From Fusibacter paucivorans (GTDB lineage: Bacteria; Bacillota; Clostridia; Peptostreptococcales; Acidaminobacteraceae): a stretch of 32,000 bases of DNA. This document shows, one piece after another, positions 17,452-27,419 of the stretch. The stretch's first letter is position 1. The number at the start of each line of letters is the position of its first letter. The DNA is taken from contig NZ_JAHBCL010000017.1 in assembly GCF_018390735.1 (NCBI RefSeq), positions 18,384 to 50,383 on the forward strand, written 5' to 3'. Both the position numbers and the translations under genes were made by a program. Below the pieces are notes generated by a model that was given only the letters and a program-made list of their open reading frames with translations, was not told the origin of the DNA and searched no databases.

Positions 17452-19413
17452 ATGTCTCAAAAAACATTTTATGTAACAACCCCTATTTATTATCCGAGTT
17501 CAAAATTGCACATTGGTCACACGTATACGACGGTGGCGGCAGACGCCATTGCGCGGTATAAACGCGTAACGGGATACGACGTCTGGTTTTTAACGGGTAC
17601 AGATGAACACGGTCAAAAAATTCAAAATGCGGCAGAGGCGCAAGGCATGGCACCTAAAGCCTTTTTAGACAATGTCGTGGATGAAATCAAGGATTTATGG
17701 AAGACTATGGAGATTTCGTACGATCAGTTTATTCGTACCACAGATGAAGAACATGAAAAGAATATTCAAGGTATTTTTATGAAGCTCTACGAGAAGGGCG
17801 ATATTTACAAAGGCGAGTACGAAGGCCTTTACTGCACGCCGTGTGAATCCTTCTGGACGGAAACGCAGCTGAAAGATGGGAAATGTCCTGACTGTGGCAG
17901 ACCTGTTCAAAAGACAAAGGAAGAAGCTTATTTCTTTAGACTTTCCAAATATCAGGATCGCCTGTTAAAGCTTTTTGAAGAAAACCCTGACATTTTGGAA
18001 CCAAAGTCTCGTATTAATGAAATGGTTAATAACTTTATCAAACCGGGTCTTGAAGATCTCTGTATTTCTCGTTCAACATTTGACTGGGGCATTCCGGTAC
18101 CGCTTGATCCAAAACACGTTATTTATGTATGGCTAGACGCTATTTGCAACTATATCAGTGCTTTGGGCTTTCCAGAATATAATTTGGAAAAATTCGATCG
18201 CTACTGGCCGGCCGATGTACAACTCGTCGGAAAGGAAATCGTGCGTTTCCACACGATTATATGGTTCTCCATCCTTATGGCGCTTGATATTCCGCTTCCG
18301 AAAAAGATTTTCGGACACGGTTGGATTTTGCTGGAAGGCGGCAAAATGTCAAAATCTAAGGGCAATATTGTCGACCCGGTAACATTGATTGATCGCTACG
18401 GCGTCGATGCGCTGAAATATTTTCTGCTCAGAGAATACACTTTTGGTCAAGACGGGATTTTTACCAATGAAGTATTGCTGAACAGACTCAATGCGGATCT
18501 TGCCAACGACTTGGGTAATCTCGTCTCCAGAAGTCTTTCCATGGTAGAAAAATATAGAGGTGGCGTCGTGCCGAGTGCGGGCACTAAGACGGCATTCGAC
18601 GACGATCTCGTAGCAGTAGCAACAAAAGCACACGAAGCCGTCGATCAGAAGATGAATCGACTGGACTATTCAGGTGCGCTGGATGAAATCTGGAAAGTGA
18701 TCAGACGTACCAATAAATATATTGATGAAACAATGCCGTGGGCACTTGCAAAGGATGCTGCAAAAGCTGGTGAGCTGGACAGTGTTCTCTATCATCTCAT
18801 TGAAAGCATACGCCTTGTATCCGTGCTGATACAGCCGTTTATGATTCATACATCCCGTGCGATATGGGAACAGATTCAAATTCAGGAAGGTGCGTTGACT
18901 GCTTGGGACAGCTGTAAAGCATTTGGTGCTTATCCAACGGGCACAACCATTAAAAAAGGCGAAGCGCTCTTCCCAAGAATCGATATTGCCAAAGAACTCG
19001 AAGCACTTGAAGCGCTTTCGGCTCAGAAAAAAGAAAATGCAGAAAAAGAAACATCAGAACCCGAAGCGTCAACAGCTGCTTATGAACCTTATAAAGAAGA
19101 AATCACCATTGACGACTTCGGAAAACTCGACCTAAGAGTCGCTAAAATTGAAGCGTGCAAACCGCATCCTAATGCAGACAAGCTGCTGATACTGTCGTTA
19201 AAAGTCGGCAACGACCACCGTCAAGTGGTCTCAGGGATTGCAAAGCACTATAAACCAGAGGAATTGGTTGGACAGAATGTCGTAATCGTCGCCAATCTCA
19301 AACCGGTGAAATTAAGAGGTGAGTTATCGGAAGGCATGATTCTGGCAGCGTCGATAGGTAAAAAATTGACAATTGTCAATGCTGACATCGAAGATGGCAG
19401 TGTTGTTTCATAA
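17452..19413 (+). CDS. metG: Methionine--tRNA ligase with a C-terminal tRNA-binding (Trbp111/EMAP-like) domain
   Basis: HIGH motif (SKLHIGH), KMSKS motif, a CxxC...CPDC zinc knuckle, and a C-terminal LDLRVAKIEACKPHPNADKLLILSLKVG domain. I prefer the ATG at 17452 (MSQKTFYVTTP), which has AAAGGAGAG upstream. The track start at 17389 has no SD. Confidence 0.92.
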   Translation: MSQKTFYVTTPIYYPSSKLHIGHTYTTVAADAIARYKRVTGYDVWFLTGTDEHGQKIQNAAEAQGMAPKAFLDNVVDEIKDLWKTMEISYDQFIRTTDEEHEKNIQGIFMKLYEKGDIYKGEYEGLYCTPCESFWTETQLKDGKCPDCGRPVQKTKEEAYFFRLSKYQDRLLKLFEENPDILEPKSRINEMVNNFIKPGLEDLCISRSTFDWGIPVPLDPKHVIYVWLDAICNYISALGFPEYNLEKFDRYWPADVQLVGKEIVRFHTIIWFSILMALDIPLPKKIFGHGWILLEGGKMSKSKGNIVDPVTLIDRYGVDALKYFLLREYTFGQDGIFTNEVLLNRLNADLANDLGNLVSRSLSMVEKYRGGVVPSAGTKTAFDDDLVAVATKAHEAVDQKMNRLDYSGALDEIWKVIRRTNKYIDETMPWALAKDAAKAGELDSVLYHLIESIRLVSVLIQPFMIHTSRAIWEQIQIQEGALTAWDSCKAFGAYPTGTTIKKGEALFPRIDIAKELEALEALSAQKKENAEKETSEPEASTAAYEPYKEEITIDDFGKLDLRVAKIEACKPHPNADKLLILSLKVGNDHRQVVSGIAKHYKPEELVGQNVVIVANLKPVKLRGELSEGMILAASIGKKLTIVNADIEDGSVVS

Positions 19414-19533
19414 AATGCAGATGGGATATTCACAGATCGGTATGCATTAAGCTAATCGCAAAGATCTTGAAGGGTGCTTAAGGACAATGATGTGTGCCGA
19501 GAACATCACTTCTAAAAACAAATGCAATCAATC

Positions 19534-19564
19534 AAAGGGCATGCGCTAAATAGCATGCCCTTTT
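19534..19564 (+). terminator. Intrinsic terminator after metG
   Basis: Stem GGGCATGC (19537-19544), loop GCTAAATA, stem GCATGCCC (19553-19560), then TTTT. An A-tract on the 5' side means it could work in both directions. Confidence 0.75.
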
Positions 19565-19569
19565 CAATA

Positions 19570-19598
19570 TCGTCAACGGCGCCCGAATATGATATAAT
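19570..19598 (+). promoter_or_regulatory. Candidate promoter for tatD and downstream genes
   Basis: TCGTCA (19570-19575), a 17-nt spacer, then TATAAT (19593-19598). Confidence 0.4.
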
Positions 19599-19672
19599 GT
19601 TGCGTAGCTTAACTGAATGGGTGTGATTCATCACATCCTCCTTTTTAAATGTAATCGGAAAGTGAGAAAAAA

Positions 19673-20440
19673 ATGCTGTTTGATTCGCATGCACACGTTG
19701 ATTCATCACAATTTGATCATGACCGTGCACTTGTTATAAAGCGGGCGGGACTCAACGATATTACCTATATCATGAATCCCGGCGCAGATCTAAAGTCCAG
19801 TTATGAAGCCGTTAAACTGGCGGAGCAGTATGATTTTATTCATGCGGCGGTGGGGATTCATCCCCATGATGTCGTCGACATGGACGATATGATGCTCAAA
19901 ATGATTGCAAATCTAGCAAAGAAACCGGTTGTGAAAGCAATTGGAGAGATTGGGCTCGACTATTACCGCGACCTGTCACCGAGAGATCTCCAGCAAAAAT
20001 GGTTTATTGAACAGCTGGCACTGGCAAAATCAATGCAGCTGCCGGTTATTATACACGACAGGGATGCCAATGATGATGTCCTGCGCATCCTTAAAACGCA
20101 AAAACAATTTGAAACGGGTGTTCTAATGCACTGCTATTCGGGCAGCAGAGAGTTGGCGCGTCAATACGTGGAACTCGGTGCCTATTTATCGATTGCCGGC
20201 CCCGTAACTTACAAAAATGCCAGAAAATTAATTGAAGTTGCAGAATATGTTCCGTTAGATAGACTTATGATCGAGACGGATTCACCATACTTGACACCGG
20301 AACCATACCGTGGAAAGCGCAATGAGCCAATGAACGTGCGCTATACTTGTGAACGCATTGCGCAAATTAAGGGTATTTCCTTTGAGGCGTTGGCAGAAAT
20401 AACGCTGAACAACGCAAAGACATATTTTAAGATAACCTGA
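19673..20440 (+). CDS. tatD: TatD-family metal-dependent DNase/hydrolase
   Basis: MLFDSHAHVD, GEIGLDY, HDRDA, HCYSG and ETDSPYLTP motifs, in the conserved position after metG. Confidence 0.88.
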   Translation: MLFDSHAHVDSSQFDHDRALVIKRAGLNDITYIMNPGADLKSSYEAVKLAEQYDFIHAAVGIHPHDVVDMDDMMLKMIANLAKKPVVKAIGEIGLDYYRDLSPRDLQQKWFIEQLALAKSMQLPVIIHDRDANDDVLRILKTQKQFETGVLMHCYSGSRELARQYVELGAYLSIAGPVTYKNARKLIEVAEYVPLDRLMIETDSPYLTPEPYRGKRNEPMNVRYTCERIAQIKGISFEALAEITLNNAKTYFKIT

Positions 20441-20484
20441 AGTCCCAACGACAGGGCATAAAATAGTGTTAAAGGTGGTTTTGC

Positions 20485-21537
20485 ATGACTCAAAAAGGAT
20501 TAAAGCCTTTTTTCCTGCTCATTGCCATTGGCCTAATTGGCACAATGGGTGTAAAGGCGGGTTTTAAGCACGATATCACAATTGAAGAAGAATCGCAGAC
20601 TGTGACCATGACGACATTTAGTCAGACTGTTGGTGCAGCGCTGACGCATGCTGATATTGAACTCAGAGAAGGTGATGTCGTCATACCCTCTGAAGAAACG
20701 CGTATAACGGGTGATCTCACCATACGTGTACTTCGAGCTAAAGCCGTTTCACTGGTAGAAGGTGAAGGGACGCGAACTTTCTTTACGACAGAAACACAAG
20801 TTGGCAAAATACTGGCCGCTGCCGGTATTGAACTTGATGACAACGATCAGGTTTATCCGAGGAAGTCTGAACAGATTGCGCTTGACAGAAAAATTGAAAT
20901 TGTTCGGGTTGATGTGGACTATGAAGAAGTGTCTGAAACGCTTCATCACAGCACTGTCTATAAGCTGACAGAAGATTTGGAGCCCGGTAAGACGCAGCTA
21001 CTGTCTGAAGGCGAAGACGGCCTATCAACTTGCACGTTTAAAAATGTTTATGAAAATGGGGTGCTCGTCTCAAGACAGCTTGATGATCAGGTCGTTTCGC
21101 GTGAACCGATTGCTGAGATTGTTGAAGAGGGCTTGGATAAGCTGCTCGTTACGAGCAGGGGGATGCCATTTCGCTATAAAGAAATGATCGTGATGCGCGC
21201 GACGGCATACGATCTTTCCTATGAAAGCTGCGGTAAATATCCGGGGGATCCTGCATATGGTATTACATATTCCGGTACCAAGGCACGTCCGGGTGTGGTT
21301 GCCGTTGACCCGCGCGTGATAAAGCTCGGTTCAAATCTTTATGTTGAATCACTTGACAGTATGCGCGACTATGGTTTTTCGTCGGCGGAGGACACCGGCA
21401 GTGCCATCAAGGGTAACCGTATTGATTTGTTTATTGAAAATAGAAGTCAGGCGCTGCGCTACGGCACGCGTTACGTTCGCGTCTATGTCTTGGATGAGCC
21501 GATTGATGAAAATATGATGATTGGCTATGCAAATTGA
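20485..21537 (+). CDS. Cell-wall-associated protein with an N-terminal membrane anchor, DUF348-like repeats, a G5 domain and a C-terminal 3D domain (YabE/RpfB-like)
   Basis: N-terminal hydrophobic helix FFLLIAIGLIGTMGV. A G5-like segment reads EPGKTQLLSEGEDGL...ENGVLVSRQ. The C-terminus ATAYDLSYESCGK...GVVAVDPRVIKLGS...SAEDTGSAIKGNRIDLF is typical of 3D domains. Synteny matches yabE in Bacillota. Confidence 0.78.
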   Translation: MTQKGLKPFFLLIAIGLIGTMGVKAGFKHDITIEEESQTVTMTTFSQTVGAALTHADIELREGDVVIPSEETRITGDLTIRVLRAKAVSLVEGEGTRTFFTTETQVGKILAAAGIELDDNDQVYPRKSEQIALDRKIEIVRVDVDYEEVSETLHHSTVYKLTEDLEPGKTQLLSEGEDGLSTCTFKNVYENGVLVSRQLDDQVVSREPIAEIVEEGLDKLLVTSRGMPFRYKEMIVMRATAYDLSYESCGKYPGDPAYGITYSGTKARPGVVAVDPRVIKLGSNLYVESLDSMRDYGFSSAEDTGSAIKGNRIDLFIENRSQALRYGTRYVRVYVLDEPIDENMMIGYAN

Positions 21538-21540
21538 GTA

Positions 21541-21563
21541 AATCGCAGTGTGATTCTGCGATT
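21541..21563 (+). other. Stem-loop after the yabE-like gene, with no U-tract
   Basis: AATCGCAG-TGTGATT-CTGCGATT, an 8-bp perfect stem. It is followed by GTAAGAC, so it is not a canonical intrinsic terminator. Confidence 0.35.
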
Positions 21564-21622
21564 GTAAGACAGTTTATTCAGTTCATGAAGACAGCATAAA
21601 AAACGCAAGTCGAGGTGTTTGA

Positions 21623-22186
21623 TTGCTTACACAGGAAAAACCCTATATAAAGGAAACAATTGTCGTCGAAGGGAAGGATGATGTTGCCGCCGTGAAGCGT
21701 GCGGTAGACTGTGCTTTTATTATCACGCATGGTTTTGGCATCAGTGAAGCGACGTTTAAACGGATTGAGCACGCCATGGCAACCAGTGGCGTCATTATTT
21801 TTACAGATCCGGATTATGCCGGCGAACAGATCAGAGCGCGAATCAGCAAGCGCGTTCCAAACTGCAAGCATGCTTTTTTATCGAAGGAAGAGGCTTATGC
21901 TGAAGGCGACATTGGCATTGAAAATGCCTCGCCGGAAGCGATTGTTGACGCATTAAATCGCGTTCGAACGGCATCTGAAAAACCGATACATTTGTTCACA
22001 CAGACAGACCTAGTACATAATGGCCTAATGGGGACTGATTCTGCCGCGCATAAGCGAACCGTTGTCGGCAGACTTTTAGGCATTGGTTACTGCAGCGGTA
22101 AACAGTTTTTAAGCAGGCTTAATCACTATGGCATCACAGTAGAAGAATTTCTTAAATCAGTAGAAGAGGCTGAACGCCTTCTGTAA
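21623..22186 (+). CDS. rnmV: Ribonuclease M5 (Toprim domain, 5S rRNA maturase)
   Basis: IKETIVVEGKDDVAAVKRAVD...IIFTDPDYAGEQIR is a Toprim pattern. TTG start with AGGTG upstream. The gene pairs with rsmA as in other Bacillota. Confidence 0.85.
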   Translation: MLTQEKPYIKETIVVEGKDDVAAVKRAVDCAFIITHGFGISEATFKRIEHAMATSGVIIFTDPDYAGEQIRARISKRVPNCKHAFLSKEEAYAEGDIGIENASPEAIVDALNRVRTASEKPIHLFTQTDLVHNGLMGTDSAAHKRTVVGRLLGIGYCSGKQFLSRLNHYGITVEEFLKSVEEAERLL

Positions 22187-22238
22187 TAGCGGATGAATAG
22201 ATATATGAATACAGATCATGAAGATCATGAGAGAATAG

Positions 22239-23114
22239 GTGGTCATGGGAAAATTAACTTCGCCGAGAACAATCAAGGATTTGATGGCGCGCTATGGTTT
22301 TCATTTTAGCAAGCGTCTCGGCCAAAATTTTATTATCGACGAAAGCGTGTTAGAACGCATTATAAAAGGCGCTGAGATTGGTTCGGAAGATGAGATCTTG
22401 GAAATAGGTCCTGGCATTGGTGTGATGACGGAAGCGCTTTGTGAACATGCGAAGCGTGTCGTCGCCATTGAAATTGATACATCGTTAATGCCGATACTAA
22501 ATGAAACAGTAGGTCATTTCGACAATTTGAGCATTATCAATCAGGACGTTTTAAAGGTTGATTTACCGGCTTTGATTGAAGATGCTTTTGAAGGGCGTCG
22601 GCCTAAACTTGTGGCAAATTTGCCTTATTATGTGACAACGCCCATTATCATGACGTTTCTCGAACAGCGCATACCCATTTCGGATTTGGTTGTGATGATT
22701 CAGAAAGAAGTTGCCGACAGAATTCTTGCATCACCGTCGAGCCCTGATTACGGTGCGCTTTCTGTCGTCGTGCAGTATTTTACAGAACCAAGCATTGTAA
22801 CGCGCGTTTCTAAAGGGTCGTTTATGCCGGCACCAAAAGTCGATTCGACTGTTATTAGGCTTAAGGTCAGAGAAACGCCTCCTGTTGCGCTGTTGGATGA
22901 GATAATCTTTTTTAATACCATACGCGATGCCTTTGGCAAACGTCGAAAGACATTGCAAAATGCGCTTTCAAGCGGACGGCTGGGACTTACGAAAATTGAG
23001 GCGGGTGAAGCACTCGTCGAAGCGGGCATTCCAGTTAATACGCGCGGGGAAGCGCTGGATATTCATGCATTTGCCAATTTGGCAAATGCTGTGGCGAGGC
23101 AAAAAGGGAAGTGA
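22239..23114 (+). CDS. rsmA: 16S rRNA (adenine1518/1519-N6) dimethyltransferase
   Basis: SKRLGQNFIID, LEIGPGIGVMTE and ANLPYYVTTPI motifs. The exact start is ambiguous between the GTG at 22239 and the ATG at 22245. Confidence 0.9.
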   Translation: MVMGKLTSPRTIKDLMARYGFHFSKRLGQNFIIDESVLERIIKGAEIGSEDEILEIGPGIGVMTEALCEHAKRVVAIEIDTSLMPILNETVGHFDNLSIINQDVLKVDLPALIEDAFEGRRPKLVANLPYYVTTPIIMTFLEQRIPISDLVVMIQKEVADRILASPSSPDYGALSVVVQYFTEPSIVTRVSKGSFMPAPKVDSTVIRLKVRETPPVALLDEIIFFNTIRDAFGKRRKTLQNALSSGRLGLTKIEAGEALVEAGIPVNTRGEALDIHAFANLANAVARQKGK

Positions 23115-23120
23115 TGTCAT

Positions 23121-23679
23121 TTTGAAGAAAGTGTTTAACACAGAGCGCTTGATTTTAAAAGTGCTCGAACCAAGAGAAGCGGCACTGGTTGCAGCTTACT
23201 ACAAACGCAATAAAACATTTTTGGAACCTTGGGAACACAAGAAAGCACCTGGTTTTTTTGATGTTGAGAACCATCGACTAACGCTGAAACTCGAAGAAGA
23301 GGGTTTTTTAAGAGGTGATATGGTACGGTTTTGGATTTTCGTGAAGCATTCAGATCATGAACTTCCCATTGGCAGCATTTCGCTGACGAATATCATTCGA
23401 GGTGTTTTCAAATCGTGTTTTTTAGGTTATAAACTGGACTATGAATACGAGGGAAGAGGCTATATGACGGAAGCAATTCAAAAGGTTGTCGAAGTTGCTT
23501 TTAAGGAGTTAAAGCTTCACCGCATTGAGGCAAATATAATGCCAAGAAATCATAAATCTATGCGAACCGTTGAGAAAAACGGTTTTGTCAACGAAGGTCT
23601 TGCACGTAAATATCTTAAAATTAACGGCATTTGGGAAGATCATTACCATATGGTCATTCTCAATGAAGCATTAGAATAG
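23121..23679 (+). CDS. GNAT-family N-acetyltransferase, RimJ/RimL-like
   Basis: TERLILKVLEP...GYKLDYEYEGRGYMTEA...LHRIEANIMPRNHKSMRTVEKNGF is typical of the RimJ/RimL subgroup. I prefer the TTG at 23121, just after the rsmA stop. The 250-aa track ORF merely extends upstream through the 3' end of rsmA. Confidence 0.75.
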
Positions 23680-23688
23680 GAGGCAGTG

Positions 23689-24543
23689 ATGGCAATCAAG
23701 ATTATTGCGGACAGCGCAAGTGATATTCCCCATTCCATCGCGGAGGCACATGGTATTGAAGTGCTGCCGCTCATGGTATACATTGATGATGTCGAATACA
23801 GAGACAATGTTGATTTGACATCAGATGAGCTCTATGTGCGCATGCAGGCGGGCGCTAGTGTCAAGACGTCTCAAATTCCACTGGGCGTTTTCATGGAAGC
23901 CTTTGAACGCATGGCTCAAACAGAAGACGAGTATATTTATATAGCATTTTCATCGAATCTCTCTGGTACATATCAGACCGCAGTTCTGGCGCATGAAGAT
24001 ATTCTTGCAAAATATCCAAATGCTAAAATAACCATTATTGACACCAAATGTGCATCAATCGGCGTGGCACTTATTGTCGTTGAGGCAGCAAAAATGGCTG
24101 AAAGCGGTGCAACACATGACGAGATTGTCGCCTATGTGAACGGCGCTAAAACGTCAATGGAACACGTCTTTTCCGTTGATGATTTAGAATATCTTTTTAG
24201 AGGCGGACGCGTCAATCGGACACAGGCGACACTTGGTAATATTCTCAATATAAAACCTGTACTCAATGTTCAGGATGGATTTTTAATGCCAATTGACAAA
24301 GTAAAGGGCAAAAAGCGACGTTTGCAAAAGATGCTGGACTACGTGGAGACACACGGCAAGTATCTCGACAGGCAGTGCATCGGCATTGCGCATACAGTGA
24401 ATGAAGAAGAGGCTGCTTTTGTTAAGTCGTATTTTGAAACGGCATATGGCACCCGCGAATTCATCGTAGGTCAGCTTGGGTGTACCATTGGTGCACATTG
24501 CGGTCCAGGTGTCATTGCCATATTCTTTAGGAGCAGTTTGTAA
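23689..24543 (+). CDS. DegV-family fatty-acid-binding protein (FakB-like)
   Basis: IKIIADSASDIP...VKTSQIP...FSSNLSGTYQTA...GGRV pattern. The ATG at 23689 has AGGAGG 5 nt upstream. Confidence 0.85.
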   Translation: MAIKIIADSASDIPHSIAEAHGIEVLPLMVYIDDVEYRDNVDLTSDELYVRMQAGASVKTSQIPLGVFMEAFERMAQTEDEYIYIAFSSNLSGTYQTAVLAHEDILAKYPNAKITIIDTKCASIGVALIVVEAAKMAESGATHDEIVAYVNGAKTSMEHVFSVDDLEYLFRGGRVNRTQATLGNILNIKPVLNVQDGFLMPIDKVKGKKRRLQKMLDYVETHGKYLDRQCIGIAHTVNEEEAAFVKSYFETAYGTREFIVGQLGCTIGAHCGPGVIAIFFRSSL

Positions 24544-24625
24544 GATTGGATTTATCGGATTCGTCAAATTGTTGATAACGATTAAAATGGTTGGAGTAAT
24601 TAATTAGCTTATGAGGGGATTTAGG

Positions 24626-25930
24626 ATGAAAGCTGTCTTGTTTGTTGGAGGTTTGCTGGCGCTGGGCATTGCCAATGGACTCTATTTTGACGACAGCTAT
24701 ATGTCATATACTGAAAATCGAAGGCTGGCACCTTGGCCGGAATGGTCTAATGAAGATTTTTTCAGTGGCGCTTATACAATGGGGATCGATGATTTTTTAA
24801 GAGATCGCTTTCTCTACAGAGAGGCTTGGATTGACTTGTCGACCAAGCTTTCATCATTTCAAGGATTAAAAACACAGGATGATTTTGTTCTCCTGACCAC
24901 AAATGGTGCCAATGAAGCGGTTGCCAGTGAAGAAAAAACGACGAAAACAGCGAAGATTGTGCACGACATAGCGCACTACCCCGATGATATCGGCATGCTC
25001 ATTCCCGTTAAGCCCGAAAAGGGTGTAGACGTTTCGAAGGTAGAGTTTTCAGATGATTACAAGACCAACATATTAATTTACGATCAAAAAGGCATGACGT
25101 CATATGTTTATAAACCTGATACAGTTGACAGATTGGCAGAAGCATACAATCACTTCAGTGACAACTATTTAGATAAACTCAAGGTCTACGTGCTCATGGC
25201 GCCAAGTCCTGTCGCATTTGTAGATGATGATTATGCCAGATACACAGATAATCAGTATGATGCCATTCAGCAATTCTACAATGGACTAGAGCATGATATC
25301 GTAAAAATTGATCCTTATCCGGCTTTGGCAGCGCATCAGGATGAGTATATCTATTTTCGAACAGATCACCACTGGACATCGCTGGGGGCTTACTATGCTT
25401 ATACGGAGGCCTGTCAGAAAATGGCGTTTGAGCCATACGACCTCACTGCTTTTGATGAGCTTACGGACATTGAATTTCTTGGCTCTATCTACAATCTGAC
25501 ACAAAGCGACGTTTTAAAGGCGCACGATGATAAGATTTCAGCCTACGTACCGAAGGCAAATGTGACGTACAAGGTCTACACCAGTCAAAGCACGTTAGAC
25601 TATGACAGTGTTATCAGTGAAGCGTTTAATATTGACGATTATAAATACAAGCTCTTTTTAGGCGGTGATTTTGGATTGGCCGTGATTGATAATTTAGATC
25701 AACCAGATGATGGTGAGACGCTAATGGTGATCAAAGATTCCTATGGTAATGCGCTGACACCTTATTTTGTCAATCATTTTAAACGCATTGTGGTTGTAGA
25801 CCTCCGTTATACGAGCAAGCCCGTTGCAGAGCTCGTCAATGAATACGGCGTCAATCGATTGATGCTCGTCAATTCTGGACAGGCGCTCGCCGCCGAATCC
25901 TATGCGGATATTCTTGAAAACGTCAACTAG
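24626..25930 (+). CDS. Membrane-anchored extracytoplasmic DHHW-family protein (AlgJ/AlgX/PatB-like SGNH-type O-acyltransferase partner)
   Basis: N-terminal anchor KAVLFVGGLLALGIANGL. Motifs YFRTDHHWTSLGAYYAY and MVIKDSYGNAL. It ends 10 nt before the MBOAT gene. The ATG at 24626 has GAGGGG 7 nt upstream. Confidence 0.7.
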   Translation: MKAVLFVGGLLALGIANGLYFDDSYMSYTENRRLAPWPEWSNEDFFSGAYTMGIDDFLRDRFLYREAWIDLSTKLSSFQGLKTQDDFVLLTTNGANEAVASEEKTTKTAKIVHDIAHYPDDIGMLIPVKPEKGVDVSKVEFSDDYKTNILIYDQKGMTSYVYKPDTVDRLAEAYNHFSDNYLDKLKVYVLMAPSPVAFVDDDYARYTDNQYDAIQQFYNGLEHDIVKIDPYPALAAHQDEYIYFRTDHHWTSLGAYYAYTEACQKMAFEPYDLTAFDELTDIEFLGSIYNLTQSDVLKAHDDKISAYVPKANVTYKVYTSQSTLDYDSVISEAFNIDDYKYKLFLGGDFGLAVIDNLDQPDDGETLMVIKDSYGNALTPYFVNHFKRIVVVDLRYTSKPVAELVNEYGVNRLMLVNSGQALAAESYADILENVN

Positions 25931-25939
25931 GGGTGGCCG

Positions 25940-27343
25940 ATGGTATTTTCCAGCATTGCATTTTTAATTTATTTTTTGCCGATTAACTTATTGATTTATT
26001 ATATGCTGAAAACACGTGACCAGCGAAATGCTGTGCTCATTGTCTTTTCACTAATTTTCTATGCTTGGGGAGAACCTGTTTGGATTTCGCTGATGATCTT
26101 TAGCGCCGTCGTTGATTTTCTATGCGGTCGTTGGATCGCAAAACAGACGGTACCGCTAAAGCGGAGGTTGGGATTGATCGCATCACTTACATCTAATCTC
26201 GGTCTCTTGGGCTTTTTTAAATACGGTGGTTTTTTTGTGGATAACATTAACCAGCTGTTTCATCTCTCACTGCCGTTTCACACTTTTGCACTGCCTATAG
26301 GCATTTCGTTTTATACATTCCAGACGCTTTCTTATACCATTGATGTCTATCGTGGTGACGTTGAACCCAACACGCGTTTTTTTGACTTTTTACTGTATGT
26401 TTCACTTTTTCATCAACTTGTGGCGGGGCCAATTGTTCGATACCGCGATGTTGCACATGAAATTCGGAATCGTGAAGAAAACTGGTCTGATTTTTCTTAT
26501 GGGGTAAACCGTTTCTGCATAGGTCTCTTTAAAAAAGTTTACTTTGGGAATATTGCAGGGGAGATTGGTGCCGTTATTCTGGATGGCGATCTGACAAAGC
26601 TAAGTGTTTCTGCGGCATGGCTTGGCAGTGCCTGTTTTGCCCTTCAAATTTATTACGACTTTTCAGGTTATTCTGATATGGCGATTGGACTGGGGCGAAT
26701 GGTGGGCTTTCATTACCGCGAAAACTTCAACTATCCCTATATTTCAGAATCAATTTCAGCATTTTGGCGGCGATGGCATATTTCGCTCGGCAGTTTTTTC
26801 AGGGATTATGTGTATATTCCCCTTGGCGGTAATCGTAAACGCTTTTTCTGGAACATGGCTGTTGTATGGTTTTTAACGGGATTATGGCATGGCGCCAGTT
26901 GGAACTTTGTATTATGGGGCCTCTTTAACGGCATTTTGATTTTTGCCGAGCGATGGGGCAGTCGGTTGTTTCGTGATTTTTCCCTGCCGACGCTGATCGT
27001 ACAGCCGATCAAGCACGTGTATTTTCTCGCGGCAATGCTCGTGGGATGGATGATTTTTTATTATCCGGCTGTATCGGATGGGTTAACTTATATTGGAATC
27101 ATGTTCGGTTATGGCGCGGATGGCCTCGTAGAACCATCCACGATAACAACCATTCAGCATCACTTTGTTTTTTTTGCATTGGCTGTAATGGGGACGACCC
27201 CATTGCTCGAATGGCTGTGGAAGAAACTGAGAGGGCATGAACATTTGTGGGCAGAGACGGCGCTTCACTTTGGTCTTCTGGCGATTTCACTCGTCTATTT
27301 AATTGGACAATCCTATAATCCTTTTCTCTATTTCAGATTCTAG
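25940..27343 (+). CDS. MBOAT-family membrane-bound O-acyltransferase (AlgI/DltB/PatA-like)
   Basis: Polytopic 467-aa ORF. The start MVFSSIAFLIYFLP, the FYTFQTLSYTIDVYRG motif and the catalytic-His region FWRRWHISLGSFFRDYVYIPLGGNR are all typical of the family. Confidence 0.85.
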   Translation: MVFSSIAFLIYFLPINLLIYYMLKTRDQRNAVLIVFSLIFYAWGEPVWISLMIFSAVVDFLCGRWIAKQTVPLKRRLGLIASLTSNLGLLGFFKYGGFFVDNINQLFHLSLPFHTFALPIGISFYTFQTLSYTIDVYRGDVEPNTRFFDFLLYVSLFHQLVAGPIVRYRDVAHEIRNREENWSDFSYGVNRFCIGLFKKVYFGNIAGEIGAVILDGDLTKLSVSAAWLGSACFALQIYYDFSGYSDMAIGLGRMVGFHYRENFNYPYISESISAFWRRWHISLGSFFRDYVYIPLGGNRKRFFWNMAVVWFLTGLWHGASWNFVLWGLFNGILIFAERWGSRLFRDFSLPTLIVQPIKHVYFLAAMLVGWMIFYYPAVSDGLTYIGIMFGYGADGLVEPSTITTIQHHFVFFALAVMGTTPLLEWLWKKLRGHEHLWAETALHFGLLAISLVYLIGQSYNPFLYFRF

Positions 27344-27419
27344 CATGAAATAAAACCCCAGATTGAAAGGTACAATTGCGGGTATATTAGAAATATGAAA
27401 TTGAAAAGGAGGGGTAAGT

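Noticed and set aside
22927-23120. Upstream extension of the GNAT ORF (the 250-aa track version) that overlaps the last ~190 nt of rsmA.
   Set aside because: The extension is just an open frame with no family similarity. The GNAT homology begins at KKVFNTERLILK, immediately after the rsmA stop, where a TTG start is available.
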